A stretch of 64,000 nt of DNA from Basidiobolus meristosporus CBS 931.73 (GCA_002104905.1 MCFE01000274.1:41866-105865); one strand, 5' to 3'. Numbered from the stretch's first letter, positions 49,989 to 62,000 are shown. The notes: generated by a model not told the origin, from the sequence alone. Translations and numbers: made by a program.

Positions 49989-50760
49989 TGTTGCAATATT
50001 CTGAGCAGTATTGGAAGTGATGTGGAGAACTAGAGGATTTACATGTTATTCACTTGTAGATTTATTGATCAAAAGTATGGTATTTATACTTTTGATAGAG
50101 TAGAGAAAAAAAATGTGCAGAGTTTGTTAAGAAAGATCCCAAGAATATGTGTGCAAAGTTTGGGGTCTTTTGGGCGACTTTGAGAAAAATAATAATCTGG
50201 GTACCTGACAATTTGGTGAAAATATTCCAAGTAAATCCCGACAAGTAATCTGGTCAGGACAGAATGCTAATCACAGTATAAGATCTATGTGACTAAGTTA
50301 GCATGAATATTTTGGTGACAACTCAATAATTACAACACTAATTGTGATCTAAGATATTCATATTTGTTACTAGCTAATGGATTGATAAATATGTCTGCAA
50401 TCATTTCATCTGTATGACAGTAGACTAAGCTAGCTAAACTATTCTCTATAGCCTCCCATACAAAATGATGTCAAAAACCTATGTGCTAAGTCCTAGCTTG
50501 AAAAGTGGGATTTCTACTTGATTATCTTGAAATCTTGTATTAGGGGCTTTTTGACATACATACTAGTGTCTAAAAAGCTTTCCTAGTCACATTGCTACTT
50601 TTGTAGCTTCACAGGCTGCCATATACTCTGCTTCAGTAGTGAAAAGTTCCACAGTTAGTGCTTTCTTGAGCTCCATGAAATTGCTCCTTTGCAGTCAGGA
50701 AAGGTGAATCCTCTAGTGGATCTTCTGTCATGGAAGCTAGGTTATCAAATCAGCATCAGA
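49989..50760 (-). mobile_element. Copia LTR copy b + truncated RNase H relic
   Basis: LTR from TGTTG 49989 to ~50334, then decayed MIADIF.KPL, ELSTTEAEY and GFSDAD motifs. Confidence 0.7.
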
Positions 50761-50841
50761 GAATCCCAAAAATTCCTGTTCTAATTCTTATAGATGTACT
50801 TTGAATAAATAGCAGCAGCTCTGCTCAAGTTTTCAAAAATC

Positions 50842-51440
50842 TGTTGTAAGAATCTTGGAGATATTGGAAGTGATTAAGAGAATCAGTAGATCATGAGGTT
50901 TTCACTTGCTGATATATTGAATGTAAAAGTAGTATTTATACTCTACATAGTACTGGCATAGAATATATGTAAAATATAGTAAGGAGGGTGCCAAAAATAT
51001 GTGTGCAAAGTTTGGGGCTGTTTGGAGAATTGGGAGAATACTGACCAAGATACTTGTTGGGATAAACCTAGTATATTTTCACTAAAACATCAGGTTCCCA
51101 GAATATTATAACTCTCAAAGACTTGTAGGTAAAGTACCAAGCAACCAAGCTAGAAGAATAGTCAAGTGGAATTATGTATTTTTAGAACACTCCTACTCAA
51201 CCAATTGTGCATACTGACTAGTCCTCATTGTGACCTAAGACATTTATATTTGTCTCCAGCTAATGGGTTGGTAATTATGTTGGCAATCATTTCATCTGTA
51301 AGACTGTAAGCTAAGCCAACCAGCTCTTCTCTATAGCTTCACATATGAAATGATATATAATATCTATGAGCTTAGTTAAAGCAATAAATTTTGGATCTCT
51401 ACCTATATGTATGCATCCTTCATTATCTTGAGATTGTAGA
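50842..51440 (-). mobile_element. Copia LTR copy c + short RNase H tail relic
   Basis: Same LTR motifs from TGTTG 50842; RNase H C-terminal relic at 51215-51440. Confidence 0.6.
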
Positions 51441-51499
51441 AAAACTTGTATTTACACCTAAATTTTCACTTAGCTTAGTTGCTTAGATTATTGCTTTAG

Positions 51500-51608
51500 A
51501 GTTAGGAGGGAGATAGTTGCCAATAGATTATGACTTTATTTCAGTTGAAACAAAAAAGTCAGCACTGCTGTTGCAGCTTAGATACAGAGTGTGTAGCAGA
51601 GGGGAATT
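51500..51608 (-). mobile_element. Decayed 3' end of the E2/E3-type non-LTR element, interrupted by a copia LTR
   Basis: Aligns to 59048-59160 (gttagg..ggagat/cagt...ctttatttcagttgaaacaaa...gagtgtgtagc.gaggggaatttg). Confidence 0.8.
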
Positions 51609-53868
51609 TGTTGTAAGAGTCTTGGAGATATTAGAAGTGATTGGGAGGGCAAGTAGATTAAGTGGTTTTCACTTAATTATTTATTGAATGTAAGAGTAGT
51701 ATTTATACTTTTACATGGTCTTGGCATTACAAACACGTAGAATAGGTTAAGGAAGGTCCCAAGAACATGTGTGCAAAGTTTGGGACTGTTTGGACAACTT
51801 ATCTAACTTTCATGTTCTGAGTACCTGGTATTTTGGTGAAAATATTCTAAGTAAATCCTGACAAGAAATTTGATCAGTATTCTCTAGGATTTGAAGGTGA
51901 TGATCTAAGTGACTAAGTTGGGTGAATATTTAGGTTGAATTACAGATTTCTACTACACTCCTGCTCAGCTAAATGTGCACATTGACTAGTCCTCATTTTG
52001 ACCTAAGATATTCATACTTGTCTCTAGTTAATGGTTTGGTAAATATATCTGCAATCATACCATCTGAAGGACAGTAAACTAAGCTAACTAAGTTACTCAC
52101 TATAGCTTCACATATGAAATGATGTCTCATATTTATGTGCTTAGTTCTAGCATGAAAGGTTGGATTTCTACATAATTGTTTACATCATTGATTATCTTGA
52201 AATAAAGTAATTAGTGTTTTTTGACATAGGCCTAAATCTGTAAAAAGCTTTCTTAACCACATTGCTTCTATTATAGCTTCACAGGTGGCTGTATACTCTG
52301 CCTCTGTGGTAGAAAGTGCTATGGTTGTTTGCTTTCTTGAATTCCATGAAATTGCTCCTTTACAGTGAAGAAAGGTGTATCCTGTGGTGGATCTTCTGTC
52401 TTCCAAGTTTTTCCCCAATCAGCATCAGAGTATCCCACAAGATCCTGTTCTGAACTCTTATAAGTGTATCTTGAGCAGATATCAGAAGTTCCTTTTAGGT
52501 ATCTAAAAATCAGCTTAACTGCTGCATACAATCAGATCCATAGTTCTGATTATGCTGGCTGACAACTCCCACTGAATATGAGATATCTGGATTGTTCAAA
52601 GCATGATATAAATCAGAATACCTACCATAGATTGATAAGGAAAGTCAGGGCTTTCAGATGGCACCTAGCTCTCTTGATTTGGCTGAGTTTTGACCAAGTT
52701 AGGGTTTGTCTCCATTAGGGTAGCTGCCAGTTTACAGTCTTCCATTTGGTACTTCTTTGGTATATCTTGAATATACTTGGATTGTCTTAGGTAATTGTCT
52801 GGGTACTTCTATCTATGGAGAACTTAATCCCTAAGTAGTAACTGAGTTCTCCTCAATTGGACATCTTGAACTCCTTAGATAGGCTGGATTTAGTCTCTTC
52901 CAATGTTGCTAGGTTATTGGTGGCTATAATAAGATCATCCAAATATTGAGCTAATAGAACTGGATTTGCTCTATCTGGCTTATAATATATACTATAGTCC
53001 GCATTACTCCTTTGGAAACTCAAAGATTCCAAAAAAGTATCTATCTTTCAATTCCAGGCACTTGGTGATTATTTGAGACCATAAAGAGACTTTTTAAGCT
53101 TGCAGACCAAGTGGGGGTTATCATGGTCAACAAACCATCAGGCTGGTCCATATACATTTCCTCATCAGGTTCTTCATTTGAAATGCTGTTCTGTCATCCT
53201 TTTGATGAATAAAGAACTCATATCTAGCTGCAATAGCCAATATTAATCTGATGGAATTAAACCTGGCCACCAATGCAAATGTCTCAGTATAGTCAAGTCC
53301 TTTTGTTTGAGAGTATCCTTTGGCCACAACTCTTGCTTTCTATCTCTCAATTGTACCATCAGTCTTGTATTTTGACTTAACGACCCATCTGCATCCAATT
53401 GATTATTAATTGATTGGTAATTTGACCAAGTCCCAAGTTTGATTTTCAATCAGGGCCTGATATTCCTGAGTCATTTCAGATCTCCAAAACATTGTCTGAA
53501 GGCTATTTAGGGCCACTTTTACAGTCTGGGGCTCATCAATATGGACTGAATAGGCATAGGCTAAGTTTGTACCCTCATTGATATTGTATTTGGGCTATTT
53601 CTTGTCCAATTGGATCTCCAGGCATCTAATACTGGAATGATCACTTCTGGGTTATTCCTGGGCACTGCATTAGGCTAAACCATGGTTATAGAGTCCTCTG
53701 GGGTGAAAGGATTTTGATTATTTTGCTCAGATTCAATCCTGACAATTGGTGGACTTTTGATCAGATTTCTTTCATCATCTGAAGTCATTTTTTGTGAAAA
53801 TTTTGAATTTTCATCAAACAAGACATCCCTGTACTTGATAAGACTCTTGGCTTTGGTATTGTAGAGTC
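51609..53868 (-). mobile_element. Copia relic: LTR d + RNase H + RT + integrase C-terminus; 5' part missing
   Basis: AKGYSQTKGLDYTETFA, IFRYLKGT, VGYSDADWG, ALSTTEAEY and RLYNTKAKSLIKYRDVLFDEN; many stops. Confidence 0.9.
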
Positions 53869-53917
53869 TTAGGAGAGGAAAGTCACCAAGTGGTGAAATC
53901 TTGATTTACCTATGACT
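53869..53917 (-). mobile_element. Minimal 3'-terminal fragment of the non-LTR family
   Basis: TTAGGAGAGGAAAGTCACCAAGTGGTGAAATCTT, same terminal hairpin as E1. Confidence 0.75.
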
Positions 53918-54266
53918 GTTGTAATTATTGAATTGTCACCTAAATACTCATGCTAACTTAGTCACATAGATTTTATTCTGTGATTAGCATTTTGTCCTGA
54001 CTAGATTTCTTGTTGGGATTTACTTGGAATATTTTCACTAAATTGTCAGGTACCCAGATTATTTTTTTCTCAAAGTTGTCCAAAAGACCCCGAACTTTGC
54101 ACACTTATTCTTGGGACCTTCCTTAACAGACTCTACACGTTTGTTTCCTCTACTTTATCAAAATTATAAATACCATACTTTTGATCAATAAATCTACAAG
54201 TGAATAACATGTAAATCCTCTAGTACTCCACATCACTTCCAATACTCCTCAGAATTTTGCAACAAT
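53918..54266 (+). mobile_element. Copia LTR copy e (opposite orientation)
   Basis: Near reverse complement of 49989-50334. Confidence 0.75.
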
Positions 54267-54578
54267 GACAAGTATCTAAAGAAGTCAAGTTAATCTGAAG
54301 CTATTACTAGAAAGCTAGGTCTAAGAGATATCTTCCTGGTAAGCCAGGTCTGAGAGTTGAGAGGCTGAGTGGTACTATATTTGCTAGTTAGCTAGGTCTG
54401 AGAGAGGTTTCCTGGAAAGCCAGGCCTGAGAAGGGGGAATCTGAATATATCTGAGGTCAGTTGTACTGGTTTGCGGTAGCTGAATTGTGGCTGTAATGGC
54501 CAGAGGACTGAGGGGACTGAGGGGAATTTCTTGGCAATCACTGGCCAGATTAACTAGGCAAATCTGACCAATTAGCAC

Positions 54579-54792
54579 TTAGGGGGGATGATCATCACCA
54601 AAGGGTGAAATCTTTATTTAAATAATAAATAAAGAAGCCAAGTTTGAATATGAATATCTGAGATGCAGGAAGCCTACAAGATAAACTTGGACTTTGCTGT
54701 ATCCCAAATATCCTCAATATCAAAGTCTAGAGGAGAGTGTAGCAAGACTGCTTGTTCACTGTAGTATTTCTTGAGGAAGTTTGTGACTTGAA
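54579..54792 (-). mobile_element. E0: ~215-bp 5'-truncated non-LTR element (third subfamily)
   Basis: Same terminal motif (TTAGGGGGG..TCACCAAAGGGTGAAATCTTTATTT..AAAGAAGCCA) and an ORF tail ending ...WDTAKSKFIL*. Confidence 0.7.
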
Positions 54793-54883
54793 GGGTTAGG
54801 GGAGGGAAAGTCACCAAGTTGGTGAAATCTTTATTTGAGTTAAGAACTAATCTAAGTACAAATAAAGAAGCCAATTAAGAGGT

Positions 54884-57733
54884 CTAGAACCTCTCTAATA
54901 AGTAATCCAATTTATGTTTTGTTTCATCTCTAATGTTTGTTTCAATAAAGTGAAGCTCATCAGAGGTAAATATAAAATTCAGGGGTTTTGGGGGAAGTAC
55001 AAATTGTAGATGTTTCTGATCAATATAATCCAAGACTGGAACCCAGCCTGGAATTAGGTGTAGTAGGAAAGGTGTGTGGACTTGTAAGTAGCTCTGCCAC
55101 ATTGATCTTAGATGGTCCTGAGCCAGTAGTCTTGGTTTCTCAGCTTTTTGAAGTTTTGAAGCAAGCTCTGTTACTACAGCAGAGCCAACCAGGGTGTGCC
55201 AGCAAGAAGATCTCAGGGAGGAGTTAGATTGAAGCCATTGTTTGATGGAGGGGTTATGTGATTTCTGAAGTTTGACTAGGAAGGAAGCACAGAGATAGAT
55301 CATTTGGATTTGGTATGGGTAGAACCCAAAAACTCCATTAGTTGCATGGATATAGGGAGATACTGGAAGATAAGGTACCAAGGATCTGATACACTGATGG
55401 AGAAATTTATCCAGGCGGTGAAGTTCTCTGGAGGTTAGGGGTATAATGTGGAGACCAAATTCAAGTACCGGCAGTACATACTGCTTCAGAAGTATAGGGA
55501 TCTTTTGAATTGGAGTGTCTGGAGTGACTACTACCAGAAGCTTTTTGAGAGCCTGTTGGGCAAGACGGATCCTATTATTCAGGTGGAGCTTTGAGTCAAT
55601 CCCATGTTGACAAAACGGCAGACCTAGATATATTGCAGTTTGTTGTGGCAGAATGCTAGTGTTCTGTATAGTTGTAGTGCACCCAATTGGGACTGTCTTG
55701 GAAATTGAGAGTGAGAGGTTGTTGGCAGCCAAGTACTTCTCAATGATGGCAGTGTCTGCTATGGGCTTAGGAGTAGCAATCTTGATATCATCCGCATAGA
55801 GAGTTAGTAGTGGATAGGGAGAGTCTGGTGAGGGGCCTTTTGGAAATAAAGGAAAGTCGTGTAGGAATATCACAAATAGTAAGGGACCTAGTACAGATCC
55901 TTGGACTACTCCATTTGGAACCTCATAAGTCTCTGATGTACAACTTGGATGCAAAATTTTGGCTGAGTTCTCACAAAATAGAGAACGTACAAGAAGGGTC
56001 ATTGGTAGTGTGGTAACTGCTAATAGCTTTCTCCAAAGCAGAGCTCTGTCCACAGAGTCAAAGGCTTTAGTAATGTCAAACAGAATGGTTGGCAATGAGA
56101 ATTGAAGTGAATGATCATGGCTTAGCACTACAGCCATATCCAAGGAGAGTTTAGGCAAGAATCCAAACTGGGAAGGATGGAATGGATATAGTTGAGATTG
56201 CAAGGATCTTGCTATTATAAGCTCAAATATTTTCCGGCAGGTTGGTAGGAGCAAAACTGGCTGGTAAGAACCTGGGAGTGAGTGTTTCCCCTTCCCTTTG
56301 TATAAGGGTATAACATTTGCCTGTGACCAGGCCTTTGGGGTAGTCAATTGTTGGGCACAGATAGAGTAGAATGGGAGAAGTAAGTGACTCATTTTGGAGT
56401 AGCACACCCGGAGTAGATCGTAGGTAATCAAGTCATGTCCAGGTGCAGTATTTGCAGGAAGCTTCTTTAAAATTTTCTCCAGAAGCTTTGCTGAAACCAA
56501 AATTGGAGATGTTGGACTGCTAGATATGTTACCAGTATGGTAGAAAGGAGGAGTGGGATGCACAGTTGAATCAAAGAATATAGGGGCCAGTTTGTCTGGT
56601 GATGGTATACTCCTTGCTTGGGGTCTCATGGCTTTGTATACTCTTGATATAGACCTTGTGGTGGCATTCATATTTACTAAGGGCAAGGTATCCATGATAT
56701 GAGCCCATAATCTAGTATGCTCAGTGATCTGTAGTGACTTGGAGTAGGAGATTGCGCTTTCCAGGAGGTTCTGTGTTTTTGGGTTAGGGAAACATAGGTA
56801 GCTGGAATTTAAGGCAGAAATGATGGATTTCCATTTAAGTTGGTTTGCAGATGGCTTTTGGTAGGACTTGGTGGGCAGGGCCAGACAGCCAGTGATTATG
56901 ATGAAATGCTGGTAAAATAGCCATAATGCATTTACATCATCACAAATCCATGCAGGTAAGCTGGGAAATGCATATTCTGTAAGCAAGGATAGGTAGTTGG
57001 CAAAGTCCTGTGTCTGTGATACTGAAGCTTTGGCTGGCAGGATTGTAAATGGCTGAAGAAGGGTGCCAATTGGTAGGGTTTTTCTGGCAGAAATGATAAT
57101 ATGTATTGGCTTGTGATCAGATTTCTCTAGTGAACCACAGCTGATATCCTCTGGAATGCTTGTAACCTGGTGGATGTACTGTAAGGCAGCAGGAGTAGCT
57201 GTTACCCAGTCAACACAACGTTGAGCTTGCTGAGTGTTTACAGTGACCAGATGGTTTTGTTGGAGGAACTTTGTAAAGTGCTCCTCTTGGGTTCCAAGTC
57301 TGGATGAAATAGTGGTGATATTTTCAGGGTGGGGAATATTTATATCTCCCACTACCATACAAGGGATTGATGAGCTGTTAATGAATTCTGATGTGGCCAA
57401 GAAAATTGCCAGTGTTATGGAGTTAGACAGAGATGGAGGGAGATAGATAATAATGGCTACTATAGTTGGAAGTGTTAGAGCATAGCAGTAATATCCATAG
57501 ATGATGGATACATTTGCTGAGGGTGCAAGCTTAGAAGATGAAAGAGCAACAAGTGCCATTGAGTGAGCTGGGAATTTTGGGTGAGCAGATGAATATGCAT
57601 TCAGTCTAGAGGGAAGTTTTGGCAACTTAACATCAATTAGTAGGATCAAGGAATATTCCTTTTTCAGTAAGTTTTCTAATTCAGCTACAGTTGGAGTGAT
57701 GGAGTTGAAGTTGAGTAAGAGTATGTTCTGTAG
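54884..57733 (-). CDS. E1 ORF2: APE-type endonuclease + reverse transcriptase, intact, no initiating ATG
   Basis: LLNFNS, IYLPP, GDINIPH, CVDWV and SDH (endonuclease); APG.D.ITY, QFGF, FDITKAFDSVDR, GVVQGSVLGPLLF, YADDI and YLG (RT). Frame opens directly after the ORF1 stop. Confidence 0.92.
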   Translation of the reverse strand, partial: LQNILLLNFNSITPTVAELENLLKKEYSLILLIDVKLPKLPSRLNAYSSAHPKFPAHSMALVALSSSKLAPSANVSIIYGYYCYALTLPTIVAIIIYLPPSLSNSITLAIFLATSEFINSSSIPCMVVGDINIPHPENITTISSRLGTQEEHFTKFLQQNHLVTVNTQQAQRCVDWVTATPAALQYIHQVTSIPEDISCGSLEKSDHKPIHIIISARKTLPIGTLLQPFTILPAKASVSQTQDFANYLSLLTEYAFPSLPAWICDDVNALWLFYQHFIIITGCLALPTKSYQKPSANQLKWKSIISALNSSYLCFPNPKTQNLLESAISYSKSLQITEHTRLWAHIMDTLPLVNMNATTRSISRVYKAMRPQARSIPSPDKLAPIFFDSTVHPTPPFYHTGNISSSPTSPILVSAKLLEKILKKLPANTAPGHDLITYDLLRVCYSKMSHLLLPFYSICAQQLTTPKAWSQANVIPLYKGKGKHSLPGSYQPVLLLPTCRKIFELIIARSLQSQLYPFHPSQFGFLPKLSLDMAVVLSHDHSLQFSLPTILFDITKAFDSVDRALLWRKLLAVTTLPMTLLVRSLFCENSAKILHPSCTSETYEVPNGVVQGSVLGPLLFVIFLHDFPLFPKGPSPDSPYPLLTLYADDIKIATPKPIADTAIIEKYLAANNLSLSISKTVPIGCTTTIQNTSILPQQTAIYLGLPFCQHGIDSKLHLNNRIRLAQQALKKLLVVVTPDTPIQKIPILLKQYVLPVLEFGLHIIPLTSRELHRLDKFLHQCIRSLVPYLPVSPYIHATNGVFGFYPYQIQMIYLCASFLVKLQKSHNPSIKQWLQSNSSLRSSCWHTLVGSAVVTELASKLQKAEKPRLLAQDHLRSMWQSYLQVHTPFLLHLIPGWVPVLDYIDQKHLQFVLPPKPLNFIFTSDELHFIETNIRDETKHKLDYLLERF

Positions 57734-59047
57734 TCAGGCAGACTCTGAGGTTGCCTGTTCCTGCTGAAACTCTTGCACTGCCCTTTGTAAATTTCCAGAA
57801 TTATTCCACAACTCTTCAAATGGAGCTTGCGTAATGTCTTTCAGGATTCTAATTGCTTCCTCTTTCAAGAAGTAGGCCACATCATAGGTTGGAGCCTGTT
57901 TCTTAATGGCAGCAAAGAGAGCCATAATTGCCATGTGAGCTGGGGGCTTGTTGAATATTCCTGGCTCAGTGTCCATTGACTCTGGTGGAATGATTGTGAA
58001 TTTGGTAGGCACCCAGTTTAGATTTTTTGCCAGATACTTAGTCAATGCAGTGGAGAAGTTTCTGTCTACAATCATTTCTAGGATCTTTCCTCTTCTCCAA
58101 GCTAGGTTAACAATTTTGAAGTGTCAATATTTAGAGAGCGGAATGTATGTCTGATGTTTGATATAGTAGTCCATGGAACATTGGCAAAGTATAGCAAGGA
58201 CCAATTCTGGAGCTGAGGTAAGTTTGCTGGAGGCTTATAGGTAGACTTCCTGGCCGGTTGTGTGGTAGGCTTTAGTGTTTCCAAGGTAGCAAGTTGTGGT
58301 TGAGACTTTTTGGAATTACGTATGACTTTGGAAAGAATTCTGCCAGCAACTGTGTCAGGAATGTTAGTACTCATTGATGGTGCAGGGCCTGGCTCCTGGT
58401 ACTGCTTTTGTAGAATACTTGAGTATGTCTCTTTTTGTTTTCCTTTATCCAATGTGCTATGCCTTGGAATGGGATTTTGGGGAATAGAGACTTCAGGTAT
58501 CAACTCTGGGGTCTGGGGATTGTCCAACATTGTTGCTTGAGCTTCCAGCTTTTCCTCTAAGATTTGAACTCTCTGCTTAAGCTCATCATTTGATGCTATA
58601 AGTGTTGCATTGTTTGGAGCCAGGTCAGGTGTTGAGTTATGAAGGCAGGTTGAGCAGCGTTCTAACTCCTTTGTTTGGTCATCCAACTTTTCATCTAAGG
58701 TTTGAACCCTAAATTTGAGTGCACCATTTGAGGTTAGAAGCTCCAAGTTATCAGCCTGCAACTTCTTTAGATCCCTAAATATCTCAAATATCTGTGCCTG
58801 CAAGTCTTTAGCAGTGATATTTCTGATGGGTACTATTTCCTCTAGGAGTTCTTCTTGAGCCAGGTGAGCATTGGGACTTGAGCACTCTACTGAAGGAGTT
58901 GCTGGAATTTCCTCAATGTCTGACAAAACTCCTTCACTTGCAGCATCAGTTGTATGATTATCCTGAGTAGCAGCAACAACCTCAAGTTCACAAGGACCAG
59001 TTAAAGTAAAACATCTCTTGGGTGGGACTATCTCAAGAGGCTTAGGT
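57734..59047 (-). pseudogene. E1 ORF1 (coiled coil + RRM-like), 5'-truncated, 1-nt frameshift at ~58115
   Basis: Track ORFs 58102..59073 and 57734..58075 join into a homolog of E2 ORF1 (YKPPANLP, VPWT.ISNIR, IVNLAWR.GKILE, NKPPAH, KQAP.YDVAYFLK). Confidence 0.85.
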
Positions 59048-62000
59048 GGGTTAGGGGGGGAGACAGTCACCAACAGGTGAAATCTTTATTTCAGTTGAAA
59101 CAAAGAAGCCAGTGCTACTGTTGTAGCTTTGATACAAGAGTGTGTAGCTGAGGGGAATTTGTAGGTAAGTTAATAAGAAGTGATGATAGTTCTTCAGTGC
59201 TCAAGACACTGTTCAGTGGGAAGGGGGGTAGCAAGAGAGGTAAGAATGACTTGTGAACAACATTAATGAGGGGAATGTGATAAGGATTGATATTCATCAT
59301 AAAGGGAGTGTGCTGCTGCAGATATTGCTGCCAAAGGTCTGTCAAGTACTTCAGGTAGGCCAGCTTGGGTTTTTCTGACTGCAGAATAAATTCAGCAAAC
59401 TTCTTGACTTCAGGATCTCCAAGTATAGTTCTCCAGCAGGAGCCAGGTGTTGTGTGGTGTGTTCTCTTCCAGGCCTTAATCAGTGGGTTGTTGCAGTTGT
59501 GAAGTCTGAGGTATAATCTGGTTCTAAGGTAGAGAAGTCTGATCTTATAGGGCATAAACCCAAAAGCACCAAGAATAGCATGTCTGTAGGGGCATTCAGG
59601 CAAATGAGGCACCAAGGAGGTAATGCACCATACTGCAAACTTGTCAAGCTTAGTGCAGTCTCTAGAAGTAAGAGAGAGAAGTGGTAAGCCAAATTCCAGG
59701 ACAGGGAAGACAAACTGCTTGAGTAGAAGGAGGCAGCTGGGAGCTGAAGTTGTAGGAGGAGTAACAGCCAGTAGCTTGTGGAGTGCCTGTCTTGCCAGGA
59801 TAATTCTCTTCTTCAGGTGTGCTCCAGAGTCTAGTCCAGTAGGAAGGAAAGGAAAGCCAAGATATGTAGCAGAAACCTGAGCAGGTAGAGTGGAGTTCTC
59901 CAAGTTGATGGGAGAGCCCAAAGGTACTGTCTTTGCAATGGAAAGCTGGAGATTATTCTTCTGCAGATACTGGTGGATGGTCTGGGAGTCTTGTTGCACA
60001 TTGGAGGAGGATATTCTGATGTCATCAGCAAAGAGAGTAACCAGGCAGTCAGCTGAGAGTCTTGGGAAATCATTCAGGAAGATGGCAAACAGTATAGGAC
60101 CAAGCACAGAGCCTTGAACCACTCCATTAGGAACTGAGAACACAGCTGATTGCTCACTTGGGTGCAGAATTCTTGCTTGTGGATCCAGAAACAGAGACCT
60201 GACAAGGAGGGTGAGAGAGGTACTGGAGAAGCATTGCAACTTGGACCAAAGCAGATTTCTGTCAACTGAATCAAAGGCCTTAGTAATATCAAACAGAACT
60301 GAGGGATACTTGCACTGGAGAGAGTGATCTTGGCTAAGTATGACTGCATATTCCAAGGAGAGGCCAGGAACAAAGCCAAACTGTGCAGGATGAAACTTGA
60401 GGGAGTCAGAGTAGAGCTCCTGAGCAAGCAGAAGCTCAAACACCTTTCTGCAGGTGGGCAGCAGAGATATTGGCCTGTAGGAGCTAGGATCCAGGTGCTT
60501 TCCTTTACCCTTGTACAGTGGCAGAACATTTGCAAAGGACCATTCCTCAGGAGTAGAAAGCTGGGCTGAGCATTGCTGAAACAGTGGAAGCAGAAGTGCA
60601 GACATGGCCTTGGTACTAGTCTTCAGAAGCTCATAGGAGATTGTGTCCACACCTGGAGCAGTAGAGTTGGGAAGCCTCTTGAGCACATTATGGATTCTCC
60701 TTTGATCAAGTGCAAGTGGGATGGGCAGAGTCTTGAAGTCAGGATGAAAGTCAGGAGTTGAGTACTGCTTTGTAGAGAAGAAGATGTTAGCCAACTGTTC
60801 TGTTGAAGGTAACTTCCTGGAAGAGGGCCTCATTGCCCTGTAGCAGTCTTGATACTGTTCTTGTTATAGAGTTGGAAGATTGCAGAGGCAAGGAACTCAT
60901 AATATGATCCCAGAGCTGAGTATGCAGAGTGTGGTGAATTGCCTTGGAGTGGTGTATGCTGTCAGGAGGAGTTTCTCTGTTTTTGGGTTAGGGAAACTCA
61001 GGTAGCTTTGTTGCAGGGCTGAAACAATGGATTCCCATTTTCTTGAGGTAACAGCAGTAGTCTTGCATGGCAGTGAGAGGGAGGCAGACACCAGAATCAG
61101 ATGCTTCACAAAGAGCCAGGCATAGTTGAGATCAATCTGGCAGAGAAAGTAGCAAACTGGCAAGCTTCAAGTAGTTCCCAAAGTCTTTCTTCTGATTCTT
61201 GGTAGCTTTGTGGGTGAGCACAGTAAGTTTTGGCAGCTTCTTCTTCACAACTGGTTGCATAGAAAGGGACCAGGCTGGGTGGTCAGAGGCTCTCAAGGAT
61301 CCTAGCTCAGCTCCAGAGAATTGCTTAACTTCATTCACAAAGTAGAGGGCAGCAGCAGAAGGGCAGATCCAGTCAACACATCTTTTCTCAGATTGAGCAC
61401 CTAGTGCTAGCAGATGGCTTTCTCTCAGGAAGTTCAGTAGGAATGTAGACCTTGGCTTCATTCTTGCAGTCAGAGTAGTCTTGTTCTCAGGATGGGGAAT
61501 GTTGAGATCTCCAAGCAAGATAACAGGTGTCTGATATAGATTGCTGGTATTGCTGAACTTTCTGGCATATAACTTGCACTTCCTGAAGGAGAGACTTGGA
61601 GGCAGATAGCAGAGCACCAGACTGATAGTTGGCAACTGGAGAGCAGCACAGTAAGGGGAGTAAAGAGGAACACAGAGCTGAGGAGTATTGATGGTAGAAG
61701 AGATGAAGCAGATAGAGGAGGTATTCTTTGTTCTAGGAGTAGAAAAGCAATATAGATTAGTCAAAAGTATAGAGGGTAGCTGGACATCAATCAAACACAG
61801 GAGGGAAAATCTTGAAAGAAGTCTCTCTAGAGTTGGTCTTGATGGCTGTATGCTGTTGCAGTTAAGCAACAGAACTTCAGGTAGTCAGGCAGAGGTTGTA
61901 GCTTCTTCAGAGGCAGCATTGACAATGTGACCTGCAGAGTCCCAGAGCTCTTCAAATGGTGCATCACTTAAGTCAGCAAGGAGGGAAATGGCATGGTTCT

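Larger units (their letters stand above)
54793..59047 (-). mobile_element. E1: near-full-length non-LTR retrotransposon (ORF1 + endonuclease-RT), 5'-truncated
   Basis: Contains the ORF1 and ORF2 listed below; bounded by GGGTTAGGG junctions at 54793 and 59048. Confidence 0.9.

Noticed and set aside
49588-54266. Recurring ~350-bp units as a satellite or CRISPR-like array
   Set aside because: They have TG...CA ends, a polypurine tract and adjoining RNase H relics, so they are copia LTRs; this is also eukaryotic DNA.
58100-58125. E1 ORF1 frame break as a programmed frameshift
   Set aside because: No X XXY YYZ heptamer, and E2 is continuous here; a 1-nt deletion in an A-run or a sequencing error is simpler.
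56781-60993. Internal GGGTTAGGG at 56781-56789 and 60985-60993 as extra junctions
   Set aside because: Both lie inside the conserved coding motif FPNPKT (CCT AAC CCA) with continuous homology on either side.
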